Assembly (NCBI GenBank): GCA_038207335.1
Contig: JBBQZX010000043.1
Location: forward strand, 1-17,024
Direction of reading: 5' to 3'
Source: Chthoniobacterales bacterium
GTDB taxonomy: Bacteria; Verrucomicrobiota; Verrucomicrobiia; Chthoniobacterales; Chthoniobacteraceae
DNA: 17,024 nt
The notes under the pieces were generated by a model. That model was not told where the DNA came from. It ran no database searches and saw only the letters and a program-made list of their open reading frames with translations. Made by a program: the position numbers and the translations under genes. Below are positions 1 to 8,023 of this stretch, piece after piece; position 1 is the first letter of the stretch; each line of letters starts with the position of its first letter.

Positions 1-739
1 CTGAGACATAGGTGGAGCCTACCGAAGTTTGCCCATAGCTATTTTCCTTCACGAGCTCGCCGTGAGTTTCGACGGTCGTGCTATCGAGAAGAGGTCGAGA
101 TTCCAGCGTGTCCGTCCGTTCCTGGCCTGCCGCCACCGCCAATTCCCGCTCTCCTTGATCCCAAATAAATAGGCTGCCGCAACCGATCGCCTTCGCCACG
201 AAAAACCAGTCGAACTGCGCGCGATCAGCCTCGTGGCGGACGTTGCGGACACTCAACTTCAGGATCGGATGCCGATCAATGACCGTGGTTTTGGTGATGC
301 CTGGAGGCGAAGCAACTGTGGGCCCGGCAGGGCCAGTGGCACCGATCCGCTGCACATCGGTCCCGCCGCCACTGGACTGATTCTTTGCTTCAAAACTCAG
401 CCCTCGCGCGGTGGCGAGGGGCGGCAGGGTGGAAGCGGAAGGCGCCGAACTGGCAACCCTCGCTCCCGTAGGTCGCTGATCCAGCGACGATGTTCCGATG
501 TCGTTCGGAGCCGATTCCGAAGTCGGCGGTAATCGTGTGGGCTGCGGGCGCAAGTCCAGCGAAGAACCGCTTGTTTTTGGAACGGAAGGCGTCATCGAAC
601 CCGTTTTCGTCGTCGGGCGTCGATCCAAGGCCGTGCCCCCGAAACCTCCGAAGGGAGCATTCTTCGGTGCTGGAGTCGCCTGCTGCGCAAGCAAGGATGA
701 GCTAAGACAGAAGAGTGCGAGTAAGGGAGGGAAACTCAT
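1..739 (-). CDS. Secreted hypothetical protein, 3'-partial (runs off the left window edge)
   Basis: Hand-translated and absent from the ORF track because no stop lies in the window. ATG at 739, 246 open codons: MSFPPLLALFCLSSSLLA|QQATPAP (signal-peptide-like), a Pro/Ser/Thr-rich linker, then a globular-looking part (HPILKLSVRNVRHEADRAQFDWFFVAK...LFIWDQGE). Confidence 0.75.
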   Translation of the reverse strand, partial: MSFPPLLALFCLSSSLLAQQATPAPKNAPFGGFGGTALDRRPTTKTGSMTPSVPKTSGSSLDLRPQPTRLPPTSESAPNDIGTSSLDQRPTGARVASSAPSASTLPPLATARGLSFEAKNQSSGGGTDVQRIGATGPAGPTVASPPGITKTTVIDRHPILKLSVRNVRHEADRAQFDWFFVAKAIGCGSLFIWDQGERELAVAAGQERTDTLESRPLLDSTTVETHGELVKENSYGQTSVGSTYVS

Positions 740-1101
740 GGAGGAAGGAATAGAGCAAACCAAACGGAGAAGCGTCCAAATCTTCGCATCCGTGTGCAGA
801 TGATCACGCGAATTCTGGCGCAAGCACAAGCCTTTCTTGGGAGGAGCCCCGCCGGCTTGGTCGAAGCCCAGCTCCAAGTCCGCCTCGCGAAAATAGGGCT
901 GTGAGCCTCCTTAAATCCACAAGTAAGGACAGTTTTGTGTGATGAAAAATCAAGCGCGGCCAGCCAAACTCCGCGTGATGAGGTGCCGCGTCTGGAAGCT
1001 GTTCCAAATGGCCTCGATCGCCTGCAAATGGTTCGCTTTCAGCGAGGAAAAACCAGAATGAAGGTCAGCCGCCCGGATTTCCTGAGGAGCTCCTCGCGTT
1101 T

Positions 1102-1359
1102 TTATGACCGGGCCATTCCAAAACTCTGCTGGACGGCAGCCTGTGGGCCGTCGGGCATCGGGACGAGTCCGAGCTGGAGGGCGCGGCCGAGGCACATGAG
1201 TTCGCAGTCGTGGAGGTGGTTGTGGCGGCTGAATTGGTGCCAGTGGTAGCTGCAGCCGCCCGGACTTCTTTTGCTTGGCCAGGTGCGTTGCTCGGCGTTC
1301 ATGTGGCGCTGGTAGTCTTTGTGGGCGGTGGCGCTGACGTGGAAGATGGCCGGGTTGGT
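1102..1359 (-). pseudogene. C-terminal fragment resembling lambda-GpA-type phage terminase large subunit, fused in frame to the VOC gene
   Basis: IFHVSATAHKDYQRHMNAEQR...YHWHQFSRHNHLHDCELMCLGRALQLGL fits the GpA C-terminal pattern (Y..Q/H..AE ... W ... NH/NE..DC). Codons are strongly C-ending, unlike the upstream VOC part. Confidence 0.6.
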
Positions 1360-1704
1360 GCTCGTGCCGCCGGTCGACCATTGGAACTCGCTCTCGATCG
1401 AAATCCCCCGCTCGTCGAGCCGGCCTCTCCATGCCGCGAGACTCCCCGCCGGAACGCGAAAGCCAATGTGACTGACGCCGCCGGAGCCATGAGGCGGAAT
1501 GGTGCCGAACGGGAGCACCGTTCCACCCGGATCACTCCCGCACACGAAGAGCAGCAACACTTGGTTGCCGCCAATATCGAAAGCGCAAAAACGCTCGTCG
1601 AAACGCATGACGGGATAGCCGAAGAAGTCGGTGTAGAACGCGCGGGCGTGGGCGAGATTCTCCACGCTGAGACAGGTTTCGAGGATAGCGCTGGGAGGAG
1701 CCAT
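1360..1704 (-). pseudogene. VOC/glyoxalase family protein, C-terminally truncated
   Basis: ILETCLSVENLAHARAFY...VLLLF...IPPHG...HIGF...W...L...GI.IESEFQWSTGGTS is typical of small VOC proteins. The expected final xYFRDPDGxxxEL strand pair is missing. Likely start is the ATG at 1704. Confidence 0.8.
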
Positions 1705-1864
1705 TCCCCACAGATAGCTCAGCGTCGCTTTCATCGCACCGCTCAAGATTGGGACGGTCGAGCTGGTTTGCGCGCGGGACCTAGCGTCCCCATCCGATCC
1801 GAGTGCGGCTGCGGTATGGCAGCGCGTTGCGGCGCTCCTGTCCGTCGGGTAAGATCAGCACCCT

Positions 1865-2320
1865 ATGTGCAACCGCTTTGTGCAAAAAGGCCGAGAGGTT
1901 CGTCCTCAGCAGAACGCCACGGTGCTAATGAAGGGGCCGGGAGGTTTTTTCGAGCTACCGTATGAAGCGGTGTTCGGCGGACCGGCTCGCAACGAGAGCC
2001 GGAACTATTGGATCAGTCGCGAGGGAGCCGAGCCGGTGATTGTTCCCGACATCGAGCGTTTCGGTGAAAAAGACAAAACGACCGGCCAGCAAAATTGGGA
2101 GGAAGTGCCCGCCGGAACATCGTTGGAAGGAATGTTGCTGCCGACGCCACCCGGAAAGGATTACCGGCTTTTGAAGGTCGTCACGCAGCCGGCGACGCCC
2201 GAGCAATTTGCCATCTTGGGAAACGATCGCGCGCCTGTGCTGCGACTCCCTGAAGGCGCATCGGTAGCAGCGCCACCGGTCAAGGCACTGACTCTGCAAC
2301 AGGCAACCCTCTTCCCATGA
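1865..2320 (+). CDS. Hypothetical protein, divergent and short SRAP (YedK/HMCES)-like
   Basis: 151 aa. Starts MCNRF (SRAP: MCGRF), has ARNES (NARxET), RFGE (FYEW) and VVTQPA...GNDRAPVL (IITxxA...HDRMPVIL) in the correct order. Stop overlaps the next start (ATGA, 2317-2320). Confidence 0.6.
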   Translation: MCNRFVQKGREVRPQQNATVLMKGPGGFFELPYEAVFGGPARNESRNYWISREGAEPVIVPDIERFGEKDKTTGQQNWEEVPAGTSLEGMLLPTPPGKDYRLLKVVTQPATPEQFAILGNDRAPVLRLPEGASVAAPPVKALTLQQATLFP

Positions 2321-2853
2321 ACCTCGATCCCATCCAAGCAGCGGCGAAGGAGCAATTTGCCCGGCAGAGCCGCAACTACGGTCGCTCGCACATCCTCGCG
2401 GATGTTTCCGATGTCGTGGCGGCGCTCGAACGCATCTGGCTCCCCGCGCGAGCGCAAGTCCTTGATGTCGCGACGGGTGCCGGACACACCGGTCTGCATC
2501 TCGCCAGCCTCGGTCAGGAGGTCACCTGTGCGGACCTTGCCGCGCCGATGTTGGAGCGCGTGTGCGAAGCGGCTGTAGAGCGCGGCTTGTCCGTTACGAC
2601 TCGGCAACATCCCGGGGAAGAGTTGCCGTATGCCGACGCGAGCTTCGATCTCGTGACTTCGCGCATCGCTGCGCATCACTTCAGTTCGCCTGCAAATTTT
2701 GTGCGTGAAACGGCGCGGGTGCTGCGGCCCAACGGATGGTTTCTCCTTATCGATGGTAGCGTGCCCGACGATTCTCCCGAGGCCGAGGCGGCGATGCGGA
2801 CCGCAAAAGGGATGCTCAAAATAACTGGCTTGAAAGTGGCCAGACGAAAATAA
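2317..2853 (+). pseudogene. Class I SAM-dependent methyltransferase (UbiE/Methyltransf_11-like), probably C-terminally truncated
   Basis: Motifs VLDVATGAGHT, CADL, LPYADASFDLV, AAHHF, RVLRPNG. Similarity appears to end at ...PEAE (about 2790), followed by an AT-richer 20-aa tail. The usual RDPSH-containing C-terminal part of this subfamily is absent. Confidence 0.7.
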
Positions 2854-2918
2854 TTCCTCTCCAAAAATGGGCTGCTCGATCGCCAGCCGATCCTTTGCCA
2901 GCCTTAAAAATAAGGAAA

Positions 2919-2992
2919 TGCACCCGCCGCGACTCGAACGCGGAACCTTCTGATCCGTAGTCAGATGCTCTATCCAATTGAGCTACGAGTGC
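2919..2992 (-). tRNA. tRNA-Arg(ACG), CCA not encoded
   Basis: GCACTCG-TAGCTCAATTGGATAGAGCA-TCTGA CT ACG GA TCAGA-AGGTT-CCGCG TTCGAGT CGCGG-CGGGTGC-A; full cloverleaf, followed by TTT. Confidence 0.97.
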
Positions 2993-3160
2993 TTTTACCG
3001 TCGGGAAGCTGGCTTCCAGCCGGGCCGGAGACAATGGAGATTTTCGCGGGGAGGGCAAGCGGGAAATTCGGAGTAAATCGCGGAACCATTTTTTCCACCG
3101 CGAAGACGCGAAGCAGAGGGTGAAAGGAAGGCAGGAGAGATGCGAAAGAGGAGTTTTGCG

Positions 3161-3224
3161 TTGACACCACAATTGGTTGTGGCAATGGACATGACGCCCC
3201 CTTTTAAACCACAAGATGCACTGC
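3161..3224 (+). promoter_or_regulatory. Putative nrdR promoter with tandem NrdR-box-like sites
   Basis: TTGACA at 3161-3166. Palindrome CCACAA-TTGG-TTGTGG at 3167-3182. Second degenerate site CCACAAGATGCACTGC at 3209-3224 over the start codon, 42 bp offset. No clear -10 hexamer. Confidence 0.6.
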
Positions 3225-3707
3225 TCCAAATGCGGGAGTCTCGATGACAAAGTAATCGATTCCCGGCTCTCTAAAGATGGCCGGAGCATCCGACGCCGCC
3301 GTGAATGCGTGCAGTGCGAGCATCGGTTCACGACCTACGAGGAGCTGGAGCGGGTCGATCTGCGCGTGAAGAAACGCGACGAAAGAACTGAGCCATTCGA
3401 CCGGCAAAAGCTGCTCGGTGGGATGCTGAAGGCGTGTGAAAAGCGGCCGGTCTCAGTCGAGACACTGGAAAATGCAGCGGAGGAAATCGTGCGGGATTTG
3501 GAGCAGAGCTTTGTGCGGGAGGTATCGTCGCAGGATCTGGGGAGCAGGGTGATGGACGCGCTGCATCAGCTCGACGGCGTGGCGTATGTGCGATACGCGT
3601 CGATCTATCGGAGCTTTCAGGACATCGGGGAATTCATCGAGGAAATCCAATCGCTTGGCCGGAGACACAAGCGGAGCACCCTGCAACCTGAGCTTTTCAA
3701 AAGCTGA
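3216..3707 (+). CDS. nrdR: Transcriptional repressor NrdR
   Basis: Zn ribbon CSKC...VIDSR...IRRRRECVQC..RFTTYE, ATP cone VKKRD...EPFDRQKL...KACEKRP, and VAYVRYASIYRSF. Confidence 0.98.
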   Translation: MHCSKCGSLDDKVIDSRLSKDGRSIRRRRECVQCEHRFTTYEELERVDLRVKKRDERTEPFDRQKLLGGMLKACEKRPVSVETLENAAEEIVRDLEQSFVREVSSQDLGSRVMDALHQLDGVAYVRYASIYRSFQDIGEFIEEIQSLGRRHKRSTLQPELFKS

Positions 3708-3711
3708 ACCG

Positions 3712-4272
3712 ATGATCGCGTTTCGCGACAATCTCCCACTAGTGCAACTCGATGGCGGGCAGACCGTCGCCTTTGAGCGTGAGTGGCTGCTGCGTTCGCT
3801 CGCGACCGCGGCGCGAAAGGCGGGCTACGATCAGTGGTGGCTCGCGACTCATGTGGCCGAGAGCGTGACGCAGTATCTCGAGGCTCAGACCGAGACGACG
3901 GTGCTCTCCTCGCATCGCCTGCAAAAGGCTGTCCAATCAGTCTTGCAAGTTATCGGCTATGCCGAGGTGGGACGGCATTTCGCAGTGGGAAAACCGATCG
4001 CGCAGATCTCGCTGCTGGCCCTCGCGCGGGCGGCGGGCAACGGGTACGAACTCGCTTTTTTTGAAAGATTGCGGATGCAAATTCGCGAATTGATGCAAGA
4101 GAAAACGTTTCACTTCGAACTGTTTGGACTGGAGCCTTGCGTGAAGCTGCTCCGCGCCCGAAAAGTCTGGAGCCGAGACTGCGACGCACTTCAGGCGGAG
4201 ATTGTTTCTTTCGCTCGCGAGCACGCAGGCATTGCGGCTGCTCAGGGCGAAGTCTCATTTTCCGTTGCATGA
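3712..4272 (+). CDS. Hypothetical protein with a degenerate ATP-cone-like N-terminal domain
   Basis: ATG 4 nt after the nrdR stop (MIAFRDNLPLV), 186 aa, ATGA overlap with the HIT gene. Helix pattern FEREWLLRSLATAA...VAESV...LQKAVQSVL..IGYAEVG resembles an ATP cone. Confidence 0.8.
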   Translation: MIAFRDNLPLVQLDGGQTVAFEREWLLRSLATAARKAGYDQWWLATHVAESVTQYLEAQTETTVLSSHRLQKAVQSVLQVIGYAEVGRHFAVGKPIAQISLLALARAAGNGYELAFFERLRMQIRELMQEKTFHFELFGLEPCVKLLRARKVWSRDCDALQAEIVSFAREHAGIAAAQGEVSFSVA

Positions 4273-4607
4273 CCCTCTTTGAAAAAATCGCGGCTGGTGA
4301 AATCCCAGCACGCATCGTCCACGAGACGAAGGACCTTCTCGCATTTCACGATGTGAATCCACAGGCGCCCGTGCATGTGCTCATCGTGCCGCGGCAGGTG
4401 ATCCCACGCATCGGAGCCGCGTCACCCGGCGATGCCGAGCTTCTCGGAAAACTGTTGCTCGCGGCGGCGGAAATCGCACGCACACTGGGCATTGCGGACA
4501 GCGGATATCGCGTGGTGATCAACAATGGACGCGACGCCGGCGAGACGGTGCCGCACCTGCATGTGCATCTCCTCGGCGGTCGTGAAATGCAGTGGCCACC
4601 GGGGTAA
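4269..4607 (+). CDS. hinT: Histidine triad nucleotide-binding protein (HinT/PKCI-type)
   Basis: MTLFEKIAAGEIPA, AFHDVNPQAPVHVLIVP, GYRVVINNG, HLHVHLLGGR...WPPG. Confidence 0.95.
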   Translation: MTLFEKIAAGEIPARIVHETKDLLAFHDVNPQAPVHVLIVPRQVIPRIGAASPGDAELLGKLLLAAAEIARTLGIADSGYRVVINNGRDAGETVPHLHVHLLGGREMQWPPG

Positions 4608-4610
4608 TCG

Positions 4611-5876
4611 ATGAGCAGGGACTTCGACACTAGGCGGCGCGTGGTGATCACCGGCATGGGAGTGGTCGCGGCAAATGGCTTGGACTTGGACACTTTCTGG
4701 GACTCGATCTGCAAAGGGAAAAGCGGCGCGCGCCCGCTCACGAAGTTCGATGTCTCCAACATCCCGTCGAAGATCGGGGCCGAAGTGAGAAATTTCGAAC
4801 CGCAGAAATACATGCAGGCGAAGTCCGTACGGCGGCTGGATCTCTCGCTTCAGTTTGGGGTTGCGGCCGCCCGCATGGCTGCGGACGACGCGGGGATTGA
4901 CGTCTCAAAAATCGACCCGGATCGCCTCGGGATCGTCGAGGCGACTTCGCTCAGCAACAACGAATCGGCCTACGAAGCGAAAGCGGCTTTTTTAAAGCGG
5001 GGCTACCGCTCGGTTCCCATCTCGGCCATGTTGAATGGCGCGGCAGGCGGCGGGAGCGGTGAAATTGCCAATGAACTCGGCGCACGCGGACACGCGATCA
5101 CGCTGAGTTCGAGTAGCGCGTCCGGGAACGATGCGATGGGCTACGCGCTTAATATGATCCGGCACGAGGATGTGGATGTGATGGTCGCAGGCGGCGCTGA
5201 GTCGCCGATCATCGAGTCAGTCTGGGGCGGTTTTTGCCTGAACCGCGTCATGAGTCGGCACGGCGGGGTGCCTTCGGAGGCGATGAAGCCATTCGACAAA
5301 AATCGCGACGGATTTATCCTCGGCGAGGGTGCGGGGTTTGTCGTCATGGAGGAACTGACCCATGCGCTTTCACGGGGTGCCAGAGTTTACGCTGAGATCC
5401 TCGCCCACGGGCGAAGCTGCGAAGCTTATCACCCCCTCGCTCCGCACCCGGATGGGATCGGCTATGTGCGAGCGATGGAAAAAGCGATGCGAGGATCGGG
5501 ACTGCACACGCGCGACGTGGATTACATCAACGCCCACGGCACTGCGACGCCTGCCAATGATCTCGTCGAGTCCCGCGCGATCAAAAAATTCTTCGGCGAG
5601 AATGCAAGCCGCGTCGCAGTGAGTTCCACCAAACCGATCACCGGCCATTTGATGGCTGCGTCGGGCGCACTCGAAACTGTGATCTGCGCGCTCTCCATCG
5701 CACGCAGCGAAATTCCGATGACCATCAATCTGCGGGAACGAGGAGATGAGTGCGATCTCGACTACGTTTCAAAAGGATCGCGCCCGTATCCGGTCAACGT
5801 CGCGCTAAACTTGAGCAGCGGCTTCGGAGGCAAAAACTCATGCCTCGTCATAGCCCGTTATCCGTCTAGCCGATGA
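4611..5876 (+). CDS. FabF-like beta-ketoacyl-ACP synthase homolog with active-site Cys to Ser
   Basis: RRVVITGMG, PFD.NRDGFILGEGAG, YINAHGTAT, K..TGH, GFGG. Nucleophile elbow reads LSSSSASG instead of (S/T)xCASG. Confidence 0.93.
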   Translation: MSRDFDTRRRVVITGMGVVAANGLDLDTFWDSICKGKSGARPLTKFDVSNIPSKIGAEVRNFEPQKYMQAKSVRRLDLSLQFGVAAARMAADDAGIDVSKIDPDRLGIVEATSLSNNESAYEAKAAFLKRGYRSVPISAMLNGAAGGGSGEIANELGARGHAITLSSSSASGNDAMGYALNMIRHEDVDVMVAGGAESPIIESVWGGFCLNRVMSRHGGVPSEAMKPFDKNRDGFILGEGAGFVVMEELTHALSRGARVYAEILAHGRSCEAYHPLAPHPDGIGYVRAMEKAMRGSGLHTRDVDYINAHGTATPANDLVESRAIKKFFGENASRVAVSSTKPITGHLMAASGALETVICALSIARSEIPMTINLRERGDECDLDYVSKGSRPYPVNVALNLSSGFGGKNSCLVIARYPSSR

Positions 5877-8023
5877 GGCTTGCGGCGTTGATCCCACTGG
5901 TCGGGTGCCTTTGGAACGCCCTGCTCGCGTGCTTCGTTCTCTGGAATGGACTACGAAAGCCCGCCCACCGCGTCTTCTTCTTTCTTGGAATCGCCATTGC
6001 AGTCTGGAATCTCGGCCAGTTCTCGCTTTTCGTCACATCGGAGCCCGAAGATGCGCTTTTTTGGGCGAGGTTTCTATGGCTTGGAGTGATCTTCATTCCG
6101 GTCTTACTGTATCACCTCTCACTCGTCGTCGCCGAGTTGCCTCCGAGCAAACTTGTCGGCTGGGCATACGGCATCTCCGCGGTGGTCGCGATTACGGACG
6201 CGACGCCACTGTTCTTGAAAGGTGTGCGGTCGCTGGAATCGGCGGGTTACTATGCGATCCCTGGCCCATTGTTCTATGCCTTCATGGCGTTGTTCTCGCT
6301 GGTCTTCCTCACCATCGTCATACTAATCCGGCGACGAGGTGCTCTCCCACCCCACCACCGCTCGCAACTCACAGCGTTAATCATTGCACAAAGTTGCCTG
6401 GTAGTTTTCGGGACAAACGACCTTCTTCCGCTTCTTGGGTTCGACACCTACCCGTTCACCAAGTCAGTCGTTTACCCCTATGGAAGCCTGGCAGCGGTAC
6501 TGTATGGCATCATGTTTGCCTACGGCGTGCTCCACCATCAGCTTCTGAGCATTCGCCTCCATATCGGCCGGTTTGCCGCTCAGCTCATTCGCTTTGCATT
6601 TCTGTTTGCGATCGGCCTGCTCCTACTACTCATCGCCACCCTGATTACACCGGCTTTTACGCGAGCGTCCTTTTTAGCCGCAATGGTCGCATTGATGCTG
6701 AGTGGAATCATTGCATCGATTTTGTTCCCGCGAATTTTTGGAATGGGAGGAGAGGCACTGGAGCAACGGTTGCTCGGCGATCACTTCGAGTATCAGGACC
6801 AAATGCGCGGCTTCATCGAAAACATGAGTTGGTACGGGGACATGCAGACGCTTTTGAATGATTTGAACGAGCTCTTCATTCACGTCCTACAACTATCGAG
6901 CTACCAGATCATTCTACGCGACGAAATCAGTGGCGTGCTCTCCATCGTCCGGTGCTTCCCGGAGCAGGGAACTCAGTCGCAGCCTATGCCAAAAGTGGAT
7001 TCGGCAGTCTTCCAGTTCTTCGAGGGAGGCAAGCGCAGGTATCTCTCGCTCAGCCCCACCCGCCTACGCGCCCGCACTCCAGCACTCGAGTCCACTGCGA
7101 TTCGTCAACTCGCGGGGTTCAATGCAGAGTTCTGCTTTCCACTCGCGACACAGGATGAGCCATTCGGCCTTCTGTTGATCGGTGCAAAAGCCACCCAGGC
7201 TCCTTTCACCGCCTCCGACGTGAGTCTCATGGAGATGCTCGTGAAAAGCCTAAGTCTCATTGTGAATCAGATTCGCCTGAAGACGCAGGTCTCGCAGGCT
7301 CAGGAACTGGACTTACTAGGACGGATGAGCCGTGGCATGGCCCATGATCTCAACAACCTCCTCACACCTGTTTGGACGCTCCTGCAGCTTGCGGGCGAGA
7401 ATGCGTCCACTGATTCGTTGGATGAAGAACTTCTCCCAGTCGCCCTGCGCAATCTGCGCTCGATGCGAGCTTACATCAAAGAGTCGCTTTTTTTTTCCGA
7501 GAATCTGCGACCCGACTTTCAACTCGTCCGACTCGATCTACTCGTCGAAAACGCCGCAGAAGTCGCACGCAACAGCCGCCAAAAGTCGGTTTCTGTCATC
7601 GCGAGCATGCCGGGCGAAGTCGAAGTGGAAATCGACGAGATTCTCATTCAGCGACTCATCGCCAATCTCATCGTCAACGCCATCGATGCATCGGAACCCG
7701 GGTCGGAAGTGCGGGTGGAGATCCTGCAACTGCCAAGGCCGGATGGGCACCGCGACTGGCTGAGAGTGAAAATCGCCGACTCCGGTGAGGGAATCCGCAA
7801 GGAGGACATGAATCGGGTCTTCACTCCTTACTTTACCACAAAGAACCGCGGCGACGAAAACCGGGGATTTGGCCTCGGTCTGGCCATCTGCCGGAAGATT
7901 GCAAATCTGCACGGGGGAAACCTTTCGATTGCAAGCCAGCATAAAAAGGGCACAACTGTTCATGTCGATTTGCCGAGTCGGCAAGTCGTCACCCCCACCG
8001 CAGTGATCGCAACTGCAGCTTGA
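5873..8023 (+). CDS. Membrane sensor histidine kinase (multi-TM N-terminal domain, GAF-like domain, HisKA, HATPase_c)
   Basis: About 290 aa of hydrophobic helices (HisKA_7TM-like), GAF-like CFPL...GLLLIGAK...FTASD, H-box MAHDLNNLL, N-box NLIVNAIDA, DSGEGI, FTPYFTTK, GFGLGLAI. Confidence 0.93.
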   Translation: MRLAALIPLVGCLWNALLACFVLWNGLRKPAHRVFFFLGIAIAVWNLGQFSLFVTSEPEDALFWARFLWLGVIFIPVLLYHLSLVVAELPPSKLVGWAYGISAVVAITDATPLFLKGVRSLESAGYYAIPGPLFYAFMALFSLVFLTIVILIRRRGALPPHHRSQLTALIIAQSCLVVFGTNDLLPLLGFDTYPFTKSVVYPYGSLAAVLYGIMFAYGVLHHQLLSIRLHIGRFAAQLIRFAFLFAIGLLLLLIATLITPAFTRASFLAAMVALMLSGIIASILFPRIFGMGGEALEQRLLGDHFEYQDQMRGFIENMSWYGDMQTLLNDLNELFIHVLQLSSYQIILRDEISGVLSIVRCFPEQGTQSQPMPKVDSAVFQFFEGGKRRYLSLSPTRLRARTPALESTAIRQLAGFNAEFCFPLATQDEPFGLLLIGAKATQAPFTASDVSLMEMLVKSLSLIVNQIRLKTQVSQAQELDLLGRMSRGMAHDLNNLLTPVWTLLQLAGENASTDSLDEELLPVALRNLRSMRAYIKESLFFSENLRPDFQLVRLDLLVENAAEVARNSRQKSVSVIASMPGEVEVEIDEILIQRLIANLIVNAIDASEPGSEVRVEILQLPRPDGHRDWLRVKIADSGEGIRKEDMNRVFTPYFTTKNRGDENRGFGLGLAICRKIANLHGGNLSIASQHKKGTTVHVDLPSRQVVTPTAVIATAA

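Noticed and set aside
736..789. 17-codon minus-strand ORF MRRFGRFSVWFALFLPP whose stop overlaps the ATG at 739
   Set aside because: Too short to distinguish from chance; no supporting feature.
804..1101. Short ORFs and palindrome GAGGAGCTCCTC (1084-1095)
   Set aside because: No recognisable protein motif, and an isolated palindrome has no assignable role.
1741..1864. LexA box upstream of the SRAP-like gene
   Set aside because: No TGTTC-N4-GAACA or CTGT-N8-ACAG match seen, only a short GGGACG/CGTCCC inverted repeat.
4611..5876. Housekeeping fabF or PKS beta-branching cassette
   Set aside because: The catalytic Cys is missing, and no acpP, fab genes, HMG-CoA synthase or enoyl-CoA hydratase lie in the window.
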